Below are positions 18,988-28,807 of a DNA stretch of 64,000 nt, in pieces. The notes under the pieces were generated by a model. That model made no database searches. It worked only from the letters and a program-made list of their open reading frames with translations, and was not told where the DNA came from. Source of the DNA: Acidimicrobiia bacterium. Its GTDB lineage: Bacteria; Actinomycetota; Acidimicrobiia; Spongiisociales; SHLN01. Within the stretch, counting starts at the first letter, position 1; each line of letters begins with the position of its first letter. The stretch lies in NCBI GenBank assembly GCA_041619515.1, contig JBFKDW010000003.1:18828-82827 (forward strand). Reading direction: 5' to 3'. A program made the translations under genes and the position numbers.

Positions 18988-19013
18988 GCCCGCCGGCGGC
19001 AGCACGACGACGC

Positions 19014-20315
19014 CTAGGTCGCTGAGAGCTCGGGCGCCTCGGTCCGGAGGCCGTACACGAACACCGGCATGCCGATGTCGATTTGCGGTATCAGCCAATC
19101 CTGATCATCGATTCGGGTGCGAATGCATCCGTGGGAGGCCGGGTAGGCGGGCACGCTGTTGGACCCGTGAATGGCATACCCACCCCGGAAGAAGAACGGG
19201 TGGTACATGCGGCCGAGGTAGGACCGGTACCACCCACCTTCTTCCCGGTAGAAGCTGAACTCGCCCTCCGGGGTCCGAGCCGTTGCCGTATTGCCGTTCC
19301 AGCTGGTGTAGGTGGCACCGTTGGCCGAGGAGATCGGGATGATGCCGGCCGGCTGATGACCCAGCACCAGGGTGAGGATCTGGCGGCCGAGGTCGACTTC
19401 TAACCGATCCGGGATGTCCGCCCGGTAGGGGATGGCAACGGCGGCGTCGAGCAGCTGCCAGTTGTCGGCTTCGAACACACCATCCCGCTCGAGCCCGTGG
19501 TACTTCTCGAAAGCGATGACGGCACTGCTGATCACAGAGTCGTACGTCGATCCCTCTCCGGGCCGGAAACCGAGCTCGCTCAGCCGCAGGCGCAGCTCGC
19601 TCACCCAGGCACCCTCGTCCCCGACGCGAAGCGTCGGCCGGGTGTCCGCGCAGGTCGTGCACGGGATGCCGTAGTTGCCGGCAACCGGGGTCATGCGATC
19701 GAGAGCGTGGGCGGCGGCATATTCGGCGAGCTCTCGAACCTCGAAACCGTCGTAGAAGAGGCTTCCCGCCGCGCCGGCGGCGGTTCCGACGTCGTCCAGC
19801 ATCAGCAGGCCCGATTCGGTTCGGAAGCCGGCGATCTCGTCCCGAGCGTCTCCGTCGAGGTCGGTCACGATGGGGATGCCAGAGACCGAAAACTCCCGCC
19901 ATGTGACGTGAAGCCCAAGGCGGTCGGCGGCATACACGGTTGCCTCCGATGGGCGGAAGACGGCCACCGTGTCACACCCGTCGCCGTTCCAGTCCCCAAC
20001 CAGTGGGCGGTCCCCGGGCACGCCGAAATGGAAGGCCACGTCGGGATCGCCGGCGCTGCTGGCGTTGCGCAGGTAGAAGAATCCGTCCGCCCGAAAGCGG
20101 CCCGGGGTGTCGATGCCGTTGCAGTCCCAGTCGCCGCTGATGGGGACGTCCGAGGGGGCCCCGTAGACGAAGCTGGCGATTCCTCCCGAGCCGTGCGGCA
20201 CGTACCAGCGCCCGTCGGACGGGTCGACATACGCCACCCCGGTGGTGGCGGATGCCATCGAGGGAATCGCAGCCAGCGCGATCCCCATGGCGAGGGGAAG
20301 TAGGAAACGCCGCAT
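19014..20315 (-). CDS. L,D-transpeptidase family protein with peptidoglycan-binding domain and N-terminal repeat modules
   Basis: YkuD catalytic motif HGSNSVPAYPASHGCIRTRIDD; PG-binding-like region (GAWVSELRLRLSELGF...GVFEADNWQLL); N-terminal repeats (GDWDCNGIDTPG, GDWNGDGCDTVAVFRP). Signal peptide MRRFLLPLAMGIALAAIPSMASA, so the start is set at 20315. Confidence 0.8.
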   Translation of the reverse strand: MRRFLLPLAMGIALAAIPSMASATTGVAYVDPSDGRWYVPHGSGGIASFVYGAPSDVPISGDWDCNGIDTPGRFRADGFFYLRNASSAGDPDVAFHFGVPGDRPLVGDWNGDGCDTVAVFRPSEATVYAADRLGLHVTWREFSVSGIPIVTDLDGDARDEIAGFRTESGLLMLDDVGTAAGAAGSLFYDGFEVRELAEYAAAHALDRMTPVAGNYGIPCTTCADTRPTLRVGDEGAWVSELRLRLSELGFRPGEGSTYDSVISSAVIAFEKYHGLERDGVFEADNWQLLDAAVAIPYRADIPDRLEVDLGRQILTLVLGHQPAGIIPISSANGATYTSWNGNTATARTPEGEFSFYREEGGWYRSYLGRMYHPFFFRGGYAIHGSNSVPAYPASHGCIRTRIDDQDWLIPQIDIGMPVFVYGLRTEAPELSAT

Positions 20316-20450
20316 GTGCTTTCTGTAGACAGTGTTACCCAAAAGGCATATGACCATCCCACCACGGCGACCGCTCACTAGTCACCGAAACCGCTACCTG
20401 TTTTTCGCGCTCTCTGACCGTCCGTCACACCCGGGGGCTAGGTTTGGCTC

Positions 20451-21137
20451 ATGGCTACCACATACTTCAGCAAGGGAACCTTCGACTTCTTGAAAGACCT
20501 CGAGGCGAACAACAACCGGCCGTGGTTCAACGCCAACAAGGACCGCTACGAGGCGACGATCAAGGAGCCCGCCCTCGACTTCATAGAGGACTTCGCCACC
20601 CCGCTGGCGAGGATCAGCAAACACTTCGTGGCCGATCCCTCGCTCCAGGGCGGGTCGCTGTTCCGCATCTACCGGGACACGAGGTTCGGCGCAGACAAGA
20701 CCCCGTACAAGACCAACACCGGTGTCCACTTCCGGCACTTCATGGCCAAGGATGCCCATGCCCCCGGGTTCTATCTGCACATCCAGCCGGGCGAGAATTT
20801 CATGGGCGTCGGATTGTGGCGACCCGAGACGAAGATTGCCTACCAAATCCGCCAGCACATCGACGAGAACCAGGCGGAATGGAAGAAGGCGACCCGCTCC
20901 AAACGCTTCATCGATGTCTACTCCTTACGGGGTGAATCGCTCACTCGACCCCCCAGGGGCTACGACGAGGACCATCCGCTCATCGAAGACTTGAAGCGAA
21001 AGGACTTCATAGCCTCCACGAGGCTCACCCAGAAGTCGATCACGTCAGAGGGCTTCATGGCGGAGTTCACCGACAACTGCAAGCGGGCGGTGCCGCTGAT
21101 GAAGTTCCTCTGCGATGCGGTCGGGGTCCCGTTCTAG
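20451..21137 (+). CDS. DUF2461 (TIGR02453) family protein
   Basis: DUF2461 N-terminal signature FLKDLEANNNRPWFNANKDRYE; RIYRDTRFGADKTPYKT; 228 aa. Confidence 0.85.
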   Translation: MATTYFSKGTFDFLKDLEANNNRPWFNANKDRYEATIKEPALDFIEDFATPLARISKHFVADPSLQGGSLFRIYRDTRFGADKTPYKTNTGVHFRHFMAKDAHAPGFYLHIQPGENFMGVGLWRPETKIAYQIRQHIDENQAEWKKATRSKRFIDVYSLRGESLTRPPRGYDEDHPLIEDLKRKDFIASTRLTQKSITSEGFMAEFTDNCKRAVPLMKFLCDAVGVPF

Positions 21138-21185
21138 GGCTCAGGCAGCCGGCGTCAGGAGTTCCTGCCGACCAGCCTGCGAGCC

Positions 21186-22781
21186 TCAGGACGCCGCAGG
21201 CCGAGCTTCGGCCTGGACGAGCGCCGCTTCCACTCGGGAGAGCGCCTCTGCCAGCCGATCCCGGGCGGCGACGCTCTCGGCCAGTTGGTCACCGATCCGC
21301 TCCTGCAGCTGCGCCGCTATCGCCCGTTCCACCTCCGCACGGTAACGGCGGGCGCGGCGCCTTCCTGCCCGGACACCGCTGGCCCTCGCCAGCCGGCTGA
21401 GCAGAAGCCCGAGCGCCGCCGACCCTCCGATGAGGATGAGATTCCACGGGACCTCCCCGCGATCGATCCCGTCGACCCATACCCACGCAACCCCGGTGAC
21501 CAGGGCGGCGAAGAGGACGAGCTGGATGAGCCCGGCCGCCCGCCACCATCGGCGGGGGGCGGGGGGGCCGAGCTCCCCGGCCCCGGCGCGGGCTCCCTCC
21601 ACCGAACTGCGCACGGCGGTTTCGAGCCGCTCAGGGGAGAACTCGTCTCGAACCTGCCGACCCAGGCTCCCGCCCAGCTCGACCGACACGTCGGTGACCA
21701 TGCGGCTGAGCCCGGCCAGCACCTGCTCCAGCCCCGGCTGCGCCCACCACTCACCCACCGCCACCGCCTCAGGGGCCGCGCCCAGTGCCCGGCCGAGCCG
21801 GCTTCTCCGCAGCAGCGCCCCGATGCGTCCGACCGGTCCAGCCGAACGCGAGGTTGCGAGGCGTCCGCCGACCCGCTCGGCCTGGGTCATGACTGCCGGG
21901 CCCGCCACCAGATCTGCCAGACCCCCGACGGCGGCATGCCGGGCGTCCATCCACAGCTGCGGCAAGGGAACCTCGGGCCGCTCGGCAAGCCCGGAGGCAT
22001 CGGCGAGCAGCCGGTGAGCTTGCCGCACATCCTCGAGCAGTTTGGCGTGCACAGTCCGCTTGGTTTCGAAGCGATGGCCGATCATCTCGACGAGAGCCTC
22101 GGTGCCGCGAGACTCCCCCGAAGGGGGTCTGGCGGCCGTGGTCACGATCGTCGGGGCATTGAACCCCTCCGATTCGAGCCTGCCTTCGAAGTCGTCGAGC
22201 ACAGCCCGCAATCCGGCCTCGTCGAGCCTGTCTACCTGGTTGAGCACAAACAGGAATTGGCCCTGGTAGGAGACGAGCGGGACGAGATAGTCGCGATGCA
22301 TGGCGCGGTCCGAGTACTTCTGAGGATCGACCACCCAGATCACCGCGTCGACCCGGGGAATGAGTGCCTCGACGGTGGCACGGTGGTCGAATTCAACGCT
22401 GTCGTAGTCGGGCAGGTCGATTACTGCCACCGGCCGGCCCGACTCGTGCCCCACGCGGCGCTCGACACCCAGGTCGTCGAGCAGGCGGACAAGGCCCGGC
22501 TCCGGGTTCGCCGGTATCCAGGCGAGGGGTTCGGCGGTGGTCGGACGCAGCGGGCCGACCGGGCTCACCTCCTCGCCCGCCAGCAGGTTCAGCAGGCTCG
22601 ACTTGCCCGACCCGGTTCCACCGGCCAGGGCCACCACCACGGTGTCGCCGAGAAAACCCTGGCGCCGACCGATGGCGGCTGCCAGCTCCTCGGCAGGCGC
22701 CAGGTCCTCGGCGGGCACGAACGCCGCCGCCGCCTCGAGAGCCTCTGAGAGTGCAGATATTGTTTGCCCGAGATCAGCCAT
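21186..22781 (-). CDS. dynamin-like GTPase (DLP, IniA/IniC- or DynB-like), membrane-anchored C-terminus
   Basis: G1 ALAGGTGSGKSSLLN, G3 DLPDYDS, G4 LNQVD; helical stalk; C-terminal TM pair (LIQLVLFAALVTGVAWVWV...LILIGGSAALGLLL). ATG at 22781 overlaps the stop of the upstream DLP gene. Confidence 0.8.
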   Translation of the reverse strand: MADLGQTISALSEALEAAAAFVPAEDLAPAEELAAAIGRRQGFLGDTVVVALAGGTGSGKSSLLNLLAGEEVSPVGPLRPTTAEPLAWIPANPEPGLVRLLDDLGVERRVGHESGRPVAVIDLPDYDSVEFDHRATVEALIPRVDAVIWVVDPQKYSDRAMHRDYLVPLVSYQGQFLFVLNQVDRLDEAGLRAVLDDFEGRLESEGFNAPTIVTTAARPPSGESRGTEALVEMIGHRFETKRTVHAKLLEDVRQAHRLLADASGLAERPEVPLPQLWMDARHAAVGGLADLVAGPAVMTQAERVGGRLATSRSAGPVGRIGALLRRSRLGRALGAAPEAVAVGEWWAQPGLEQVLAGLSRMVTDVSVELGGSLGRQVRDEFSPERLETAVRSSVEGARAGAGELGPPAPRRWWRAAGLIQLVLFAALVTGVAWVWVDGIDRGEVPWNLILIGGSAALGLLLSRLARASGVRAGRRRARRYRAEVERAIAAQLQERIGDQLAESVAARDRLAEALSRVEAALVQAEARPAAS

Positions 22782-24477
22782 CGAAGGCCCTCGCCTGCAC
22801 CGAAACCGCCTCGGCCAGCTCCCGCAGCCCGACCGCCGCGTTGGGGTCGGCGCTGCGCCGCCGAGCCAGCTCGCCGAAACGGGCGCCGTCGGCCTGCAAC
22901 ACTCCCGCCAGCGCCTCACGCAGCCGCTCCCGCGCCGTTGCGATGAGGGTACGGGCGGCGGCGGAGCCGAACACATGCTCGAGCAGCTTCTGCTGGGCGG
23001 CGGCGGCGCTGGCCGTCACGCCCAGCTCAGCGCCGGTCAGACCCCCTGTGTGCAAGAAGACGCCGAGCAGAACCGTGACCGCCGCCGCGTTCAGGCCGTA
23101 CGAAGCCACCTGTGCGATCTTCTTCCGATCCCCGCCTTCCTCCTGGATGAGTGTGGTCACGAACCCGAGCCAGTCCTCGACCGCCCGCTGCGCCCGAGCG
23201 GGCGTGTCTGGTGCATGACGCCACAGCGCCCCCGATGCCTCTGCCAGCAGCTCGGATCCGGCGGCGTCGAGTTCCCAGGCCCCGGCGGCGGCGGTGGCGG
23301 CCAGGTCGGCCCGCCGCACCACCGCATCGACCAGCTCGCCGCGCGCTTCCCGCTCGACCTGCTCTACCCGCGGAGGGCCGCCGATAACCGTGCGGAGCCA
23401 GCGTCGCGCCCGGCTCGTGCTCTCCGCCAGCACTTGCAGGAGCTGGCCGGTTCCCACGAACTCCTGCCAGCGTGAAACGACCTCCGCCCGGATGAGGGCT
23501 CCGTCATCCAGAAGCCTGTCGACCTCGGCAATCTGGGCGAGATACGCAGCGCCGGCCGCCTCCGCCAGGGCAGCGGCCTCCGCCGCCTCATCTTCCACAG
23601 AGCCGGCCAGGGCCTCGACACCGAGCAGCACGTCGGCCAGCCCCCCGGCAACTGCCTCCCGTATCAGCTCCGCCCGCTGTGCAGGCCGGGCCAGCTGCTC
23701 GAGACGGTGGCGCAGCCCGGCAACAGCTGCCGCCGGCAGGCCGCCATGCTCGGACCCGATGGCCTGCTCGTCTATTGCCAGCAGCTCGGCCCAGCCGGCC
23801 AGACCAGCGGCATCCAGTCTGCTCCGATAGTCGGAGAGGATTACGTCGCGGTCGGAGGCAGGGATGCGATTGACGACGAACACGATAGGGAGCGCGCGTC
23901 GCTTCGCCCGGTCGAGAAACTCCCAGGGTACGGCGTCGGCGTAGCGCTGAGCGCTCGTGACAAACACGCACAAGTCGGCGACCGCCAGGAGATCGTCGGC
24001 CATCTCCCGATTCTGTTCGACAACCGAGTCGAAATCCGGCGAGTCGATCACCGTGACACCCGACAGCATCGGATCGTTCGACTCCCGCACCAGCAGCTGG
24101 CGCTCCCCGCCGGGAGCGTACCCGGCCAGATACTCGCCGGCATATCGAGCGGCGTGCTCGACGTGCGCCCATACGACGGGATTACGGGTCGTCGGCCGCA
24201 CCGGGCCGGGAGCGGATATGGCGTCCTGCGCGAGCGAGTTCACGAGCGTGGACTTGCCGCTTCCGGTCGAACCGAGCACGACCGCGACCGCCGGCGCATC
24301 CAAATCGCCGAGACGGGGCAGCAGATATTGGTCGATGGACCAGAGAAGATGTCGCTGCTCGCGGCGTCGGGCGCCGTGCGACGGTCCCGGGAGATCGAAC
24401 GCGACGGCTCGCACTCCGTCCCCCAGAGCGTGCAGTGCGGCCCGCAACTGGGCGGCCGGGGATATCTCCACCGTCAT
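22774..24477 (-). CDS. dynamin-like GTPase (DLP, IniA/IniC- or DynA-like)
   Basis: G1 VLGSTGSGKSTLVN, G3 DSPDFDS, G4 VNRIP; long helical stalk. Start at the ATG at 24477 (MTVEISP), or the GTG at 24495. Confidence 0.8.
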   Translation of the reverse strand: MTVEISPAAQLRAALHALGDGVRAVAFDLPGPSHGARRREQRHLLWSIDQYLLPRLGDLDAPAVAVVLGSTGSGKSTLVNSLAQDAISAPGPVRPTTRNPVVWAHVEHAARYAGEYLAGYAPGGERQLLVRESNDPMLSGVTVIDSPDFDSVVEQNREMADDLLAVADLCVFVTSAQRYADAVPWEFLDRAKRRALPIVFVVNRIPASDRDVILSDYRSRLDAAGLAGWAELLAIDEQAIGSEHGGLPAAAVAGLRHRLEQLARPAQRAELIREAVAGGLADVLLGVEALAGSVEDEAAEAAALAEAAGAAYLAQIAEVDRLLDDGALIRAEVVSRWQEFVGTGQLLQVLAESTSRARRWLRTVIGGPPRVEQVEREARGELVDAVVRRADLAATAAAGAWELDAAGSELLAEASGALWRHAPDTPARAQRAVEDWLGFVTTLIQEEGGDRKKIAQVASYGLNAAAVTVLLGVFLHTGGLTGAELGVTASAAAAQQKLLEHVFGSAAARTLIATARERLREALAGVLQADGARFGELARRRSADPNAAVGLRELAEAVSVQARAFDG

Positions 24478-24552
24478 GAGCCGCAATTCTCTCACACGTT
24501 TGGGCAGGAAGGCCCTGGCGGGAGCGATGGGGAAGACCGGTATGCTCGAATC

Positions 24553-25500
24553 ATGACCAACGAGTCAGCGCACTTTCGGCTTGAGGAGGTCGCACCCGGG
24601 GCTTGGGCAGCTGTGGCGGGTGTGACGGGAGCATGCGTTTCCAATGCCGGGATCATCGACCTCGGCGACCGCACGCTGATATTCGACACCTTCATGACGC
24701 CGCAGGCCGCCGAGGACCTGGCGCGGGCCGCCGAGAGTCTCACCGGAAGGGGAGCCGGCCTGGTGGTGAACAGCCATCACCACTCCGACCACGTCCGCGG
24801 CAATCAGGTGTTCGCCGGCGTCGAAATCCTCAGTACCGCCCGCACACGGGAGCTGATCGAAGCGAGCAGCCCCGACGACCACGAGGCGTACACGGAACGC
24901 CTCGAGAGTCGCATCGGGACTGTCCACGATCAGCTGCCCAACGCAGAGTCCGATACGACCGAGCGTCGAGATCTCGAGATGTCGATGGAGACCGCCCGGG
25001 CGGTGCTCAGCTCTCTGCCGCGCCTGAGCAGCACGCTTCCCAGCCGTTCCTACGACGACGCGCTGGTCGTGGAAGGGTCGGAGCGGGCCGCCCACATCCT
25101 CACCTACGGCGGCGGGCACACCGATAGCGACACCTTCGTGTTTCTTCCCGACGCATCGGTCGTGTTCGCAGGCGACCTGCTCTGGGTCGCAAACCATCCG
25201 TGGGGAGGCGATGGCCATCCCGACGAATGGATCAACATCATCTACCGGATCGAGGCGCTCGGGCCCGATCTCGTCGTGCCCGGTCATGGCAATGTGGCCA
25301 GCTTCGAATACGCCCGCGTGTTCACTCGCTACCTCACCCACATGTGCGACGTGGTCAGGCAGGCCGAGGCAACCGGGACCTCCACGACCAAGCTGGCTGC
25401 GAGTCCGGTACCCCCGCAGTACGCCGATTGGGGCGAGGCCAACCGTTACGCACAGACGCTGGAGGCTCTCGGCAGGAGGGTGGGGCTGCCGCCGGATTGA
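24553..25500 (+). CDS. MBL-fold metallo-hydrolase
   Basis: VVNSHHHSDHVRGN (HxHxDH); downstream His/Asp ligands (GGGHTDSDTFVF, PGHG). Only the 3-prime 315 codons of the 597-codon track ORF are credible; the rest is antisense to the dynamin gene. Confidence 0.75.
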   Translation: MTNESAHFRLEEVAPGAWAAVAGVTGACVSNAGIIDLGDRTLIFDTFMTPQAAEDLARAAESLTGRGAGLVVNSHHHSDHVRGNQVFAGVEILSTARTRELIEASSPDDHEAYTERLESRIGTVHDQLPNAESDTTERRDLEMSMETARAVLSSLPRLSSTLPSRSYDDALVVEGSERAAHILTYGGGHTDSDTFVFLPDASVVFAGDLLWVANHPWGGDGHPDEWINIIYRIEALGPDLVVPGHGNVASFEYARVFTRYLTHMCDVVRQAEATGTSTTKLAASPVPPQYADWGEANRYAQTLEALGRRVGLPPD

Positions 25501-25596
25501 CCAGGCGGTGTCCGCCAGACTCGACGATCGAGCCGGGCTGCGGGAGGCGCAGCTGTTCCGGCAGCACAAGGGCTCGTTGCGACTGCGAGCGGGCGC

Positions 25597-26082
25597 CTAC
25601 CCCACCGCCAGATCCTCGATGACCTCGGCACCGGGCAGGCGCTCGAGGACACGGGGGTCGGCTTTCACCTTCATCGACCTGCTGCCGCCGCCGAGAATCA
25701 CCCAGTCGTGCGCCATCACCGCCGCATCCACCCACAGCGGGAGCCCCTCGGGCAGCGCGAACGGCGTGACTCCACCCATCAGCATCCCGGTGATCTCGGC
25801 GGTGAGCTCGGGGGCGGCAAACGAGAGCTTCTGCACCCCGAGCAGCCGGCGCACGCGCTTGTTGACGTCGAGGCGGTGGGTGGCCAGCACCACGCAGGCG
25901 GCGAACCGGCCCTCCGGTTTGCGCGACGCCACCACGATGGTGTTCGCCGACCGCTCCAGCGGGAAGCCGTAGTGGGCGCAGAACGCCGCGGTATCGGCCA
26001 GGTCGGGATCGCACGGTATGAGCTCGAACGCCAGACCGGTGCTCTCGAGGATGGCAACCACCCGGGATTCGATCTCCTCCAC
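25597..26082 (-). CDS. YbaK/ProX-type aminoacyl-tRNA deacylase domain protein
   Basis: Only the C-terminal 161 codons of the 533-codon track ORF look real; I read them as a YbaK/EbsC deacylase fold (FELIPCDPDLADTAAFCAHYGFPLERSANTIVV...FAAPELTAEITGMLMGGVTPFAL). GTG start at 26082. Confidence 0.65.
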   Translation of the reverse strand: MEEIESRVVAILESTGLAFELIPCDPDLADTAAFCAHYGFPLERSANTIVVASRKPEGRFAACVVLATHRLDVNKRVRRLLGVQKLSFAAPELTAEITGMLMGGVTPFALPEGLPLWVDAAVMAHDWVILGGGSRSMKVKADPRVLERLPGAEVIEDLAVG

Positions 26083-26205
26083 CCGCCTATGTAACCGCCA
26101 AACCGGCCTCGGGACCAACCCGCCGGTGGCGTCGAACCGCCGGGCGTGAGCCTGCCGAGCGCTCCCCCCGGCATTCGAGCCCGGCTCAGTAGCTAGCGTG
26201 GGCGA

Positions 26206-26559
26206 ATGAGCAACCAATTCGACTACATCGAGCTGCGGGTCGGCGATTCCGAGCAGCTGGCCCGTACCCGCGATTTCCTCACCGACGTGTTCGGTTGGTC
26301 CTACAAGATGTGGGGCGACGGCTATGCCGACACCTCTGATAGCGGCGTGGTGAGCGGCATCAACGTCGATGAACGGGCCCGAGTTATCTCGCTCCCCGCC
26401 GTCCAAACCGATGATCTCGAAGCCATGTACGACCGCGTGCAGGAGGCAGGCGGTGAGATCACCCACGAGATCTGGAGTTTCCCGGGGGGGCGGCGCTTCA
26501 GCTTCCGCGAGCCGTCGGGCAACGAGCTCGCGGTCTGGACCGAGGAGCCCCTCGAGTGA
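26206..26559 (+). CDS. VOC family protein (glyoxalase/bleomycin-resistance fold)
   Basis: 117 aa; FDYIELRVGD start and HEIWSFPGGRRFSFREPSGNELAVW C-terminus typical of a single VOC module. Confidence 0.75.
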   Translation: MSNQFDYIELRVGDSEQLARTRDFLTDVFGWSYKMWGDGYADTSDSGVVSGINVDERARVISLPAVQTDDLEAMYDRVQEAGGEITHEIWSFPGGRRFSFREPSGNELAVWTEEPLE

Positions 26560-26754
26560 GACCGCACGTGACCAGCGGGCGGCTCTAGCGCCGGATCTTC
26601 CCGCCAAGACCGCCCATCTCAGCAGCAAGCCGGCCTCGCATTGGATGTCTCGCGCCCGCCTGTGCCATCCCAAAACCGTGCCGTCAACCAGCCCGACCGG
26701 CCGCCGCATCGGGCGGCCGTGGCCGCAGTGCAGCCGACTACCCTCCCAACAGTC

Positions 26755-27876
26755 ATGGACCTCCTGGAACTTCTCTCTGCTTGGTATCGGCACGCTCACG
26801 GGCACCTCCCTGCGGGGGTACCGGTGTGGGATGCCCACAGCCACACCGGCGACATGGATCCAGACGGCGTGATCGGCCATGTGGACGAGCTGCTCGCCGC
26901 CCTCGAAGAGGCGGGACACGCCGGAGCGGTGGTGGCATCCAATCACAACCCGGGCGGATACCGAGAGGCCAACGATCGGATATTGGCGGAGTCGGAGGCC
27001 GCCGGAGGGCGATTGATCCCCTTCCTGCGGGTCGACCCCTCCGACGCAGGTGCCGTCGCCGAGGTCGAGCGCAGCCTGCAGGCGGGCCATCGCGGCATCA
27101 AGCTGCATCCGCGCGCCGAGGCGTTCGATCTGGAGCATTCCACCCTCATCCCCATCGCTCGTCTGGCGGCTGCGGCCGGAGCCCCGCTGCTGTTTCATGC
27201 CGGGCGGGGCATTCCCTCACTCGGTGACGGCGCCGTGCAGCTCGTCGACCGGGTCGACGACCTCAACGTGATACTGGCCCACTGCGCCATCAGCGACCTT
27301 GCCTATCTCGGCCCGATCGCGTCTGAGCACCCCGGGATCTTCTTCGACACCTCATGGTGGAACGTCACCGACGTCATCGCCCTCATGTCGTGGGTGCCGC
27401 CCCAGCGAATCGTCTACGCCTCGGACACGCCCTACGGCCATCCGATGATGTCATTCATCATCACGATGCGGCCGGCAGTTGCCGCCGGCTACACCGAGGA
27501 GCATCTGACGGCGCTGTTCTCGACCACCTTGACGAGCCTGGTATCCGGCCGCCGGCCACAGCGCATCGATGCGGGCCCGGGCGACGACTTCTTCTCGCAC
27601 ACCGCCGGGCTGTTGCGCGTTCACAGCAACCTGCACGGGGCGGTCGTCCGCATGTTCAGCGGACAGGACCCGACCCAGCCGCTGTCGCTGGCCCGCCTGG
27701 CCTGCAATGTGCGGCCGGCGACATCGCACTCGAGCGTGTACGAGGCGATCGCCCGCTCGATCGACGCAGTCGAGTCCCACATCTTCGACCCCCAGCTCAG
27801 CCGTCTCGTCATCGGAATCCTGCTGGCGTGCACGGCCGCCGCCCTCACCCCCGATGTCGGGGTACCGGCGCTGTAA
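26755..27876 (+). CDS. amidohydrolase-2 family (TIM-barrel metal-dependent hydrolase)
   Basis: VWDAHSHTGD His-x-His metal site, HPRAE, conserved Asp near the C-terminal strands (YASDTPYGHP). Start at the ATG at 26755 (MDLLELL). Confidence 0.7.
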   Translation: MDLLELLSAWYRHAHGHLPAGVPVWDAHSHTGDMDPDGVIGHVDELLAALEEAGHAGAVVASNHNPGGYREANDRILAESEAAGGRLIPFLRVDPSDAGAVAEVERSLQAGHRGIKLHPRAEAFDLEHSTLIPIARLAAAAGAPLLFHAGRGIPSLGDGAVQLVDRVDDLNVILAHCAISDLAYLGPIASEHPGIFFDTSWWNVTDVIALMSWVPPQRIVYASDTPYGHPMMSFIITMRPAVAAGYTEEHLTALFSTTLTSLVSGRRPQRIDAGPGDDFFSHTAGLLRVHSNLHGAVVRMFSGQDPTQPLSLARLACNVRPATSHSSVYEAIARSIDAVESHIFDPQLSRLVIGILLACTAAALTPDVGVPAL

Positions 27877-27979
27877 GGGGGCCGTCGCCGGCCGGTGCGA
27901 GGCCTGGTCACTGCCGTGGGGGAATTCCCCGTGCACGAGCGCGGTTACCTAGCCCGACAACCAACCAGGAGTATGAGAC

Positions 27980-28738
27980 ATGACGACGACGGCGCAGCGT
28001 GGGCGAGTGCGAATCGAAGACGGCCAGAAACGGGTGCGCGTGTTCCTCAACGGTGAGTGCGTAGCCGACAGCTCCCGGGTCACACTCGTTTGGGAGAAGC
28101 CCTACTACCCGGTCTACTACTTCCCGCAAGCGGACGTCCGAATGGACCTGCTGACCCCTTCCGGCGAAGAGAAGCGCTCGCCCAGCCGGGGCACCGCTTC
28201 GTATTTCAACGTCAAGGCAGGGAGCACCGAGGCCGTCAATGCCGCCTACACGTACCCCGAGCCCAAGATCGAGGACCTGGAAGGGCTCATCGCCTTCCAC
28301 TGGGCCGCGATGGATGCCTGGTTCGAGGAGGACGAGGAAGTGTTCGTGCACGCCCGCGACCCGTATACCCGGGTCGACGCCCTCTCGAGCTCTCGCCACG
28401 TCGAGGTCAAGATCAACGGAGTGACGGTCGCCGATACCCTCAAGCCCACGCTGCTGTTTGAGACCGGGCTGCCGACTCGCTACTACCTGCCGCTCACGGA
28501 CGTACGCATGGACCTGCTGCGCGACAGCGACACGGTCACACAATGCCCCTACAAAGGCGAAGCGAACTACTACTCGGTCGAGCTCGACGGCGAGGTCATC
28601 GAGGACATCGCCTGGTATTACCGGTATCCGGTGGAGGAGAGCGCTCGGGTCGCCGGGCTGGTGAGCTTCTACAACGAGAAGGTCGACATCTACGTCGACG
28701 GCGAGCCCGAAGAGCGTCCCAAGACGAAATTCAGTTGA
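27980..28738 (+). CDS. DUF427 domain-containing protein (tandem DUF427 modules)
   Basis: Two internal repeats of a motif that looks DUF427-like (YYPVYYFPQADVRMDLL / RYYLPLTDVRMDLL; TASYFNV / ANYYSV). Confidence 0.65.
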   Translation: MTTTAQRGRVRIEDGQKRVRVFLNGECVADSSRVTLVWEKPYYPVYYFPQADVRMDLLTPSGEEKRSPSRGTASYFNVKAGSTEAVNAAYTYPEPKIEDLEGLIAFHWAAMDAWFEEDEEVFVHARDPYTRVDALSSSRHVEVKINGVTVADTLKPTLLFETGLPTRYYLPLTDVRMDLLRDSDTVTQCPYKGEANYYSVELDGEVIEDIAWYYRYPVEESARVAGLVSFYNEKVDIYVDGEPEERPKTKFS

Positions 28739-28807
28739 GACCCCTATTGAAGGGGCGGGAGGGCGCAACGGCCTGCAACGTCGCCGACGGTTTCGGGGTT
28801 CTACCCG

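Noticed and set aside
23707-24552. 5-prime 282 codons of the 597-codon plus-strand ORF ending at 25500
   Set aside because: This part is antisense to dynamin-like gene 1 and translates to low-complexity sequence. Only the region from the ATG at 24553, which carries the MBL motifs, is credible.
26083-27198. N-terminal 372 codons of the 533-codon minus-strand ORF 25597..27198
   Set aside because: No domain content and antisense to the well-supported VOC and amidohydrolase genes on the plus strand. Only the C-terminal YbaK deacylase domain (25597..26082) is kept.
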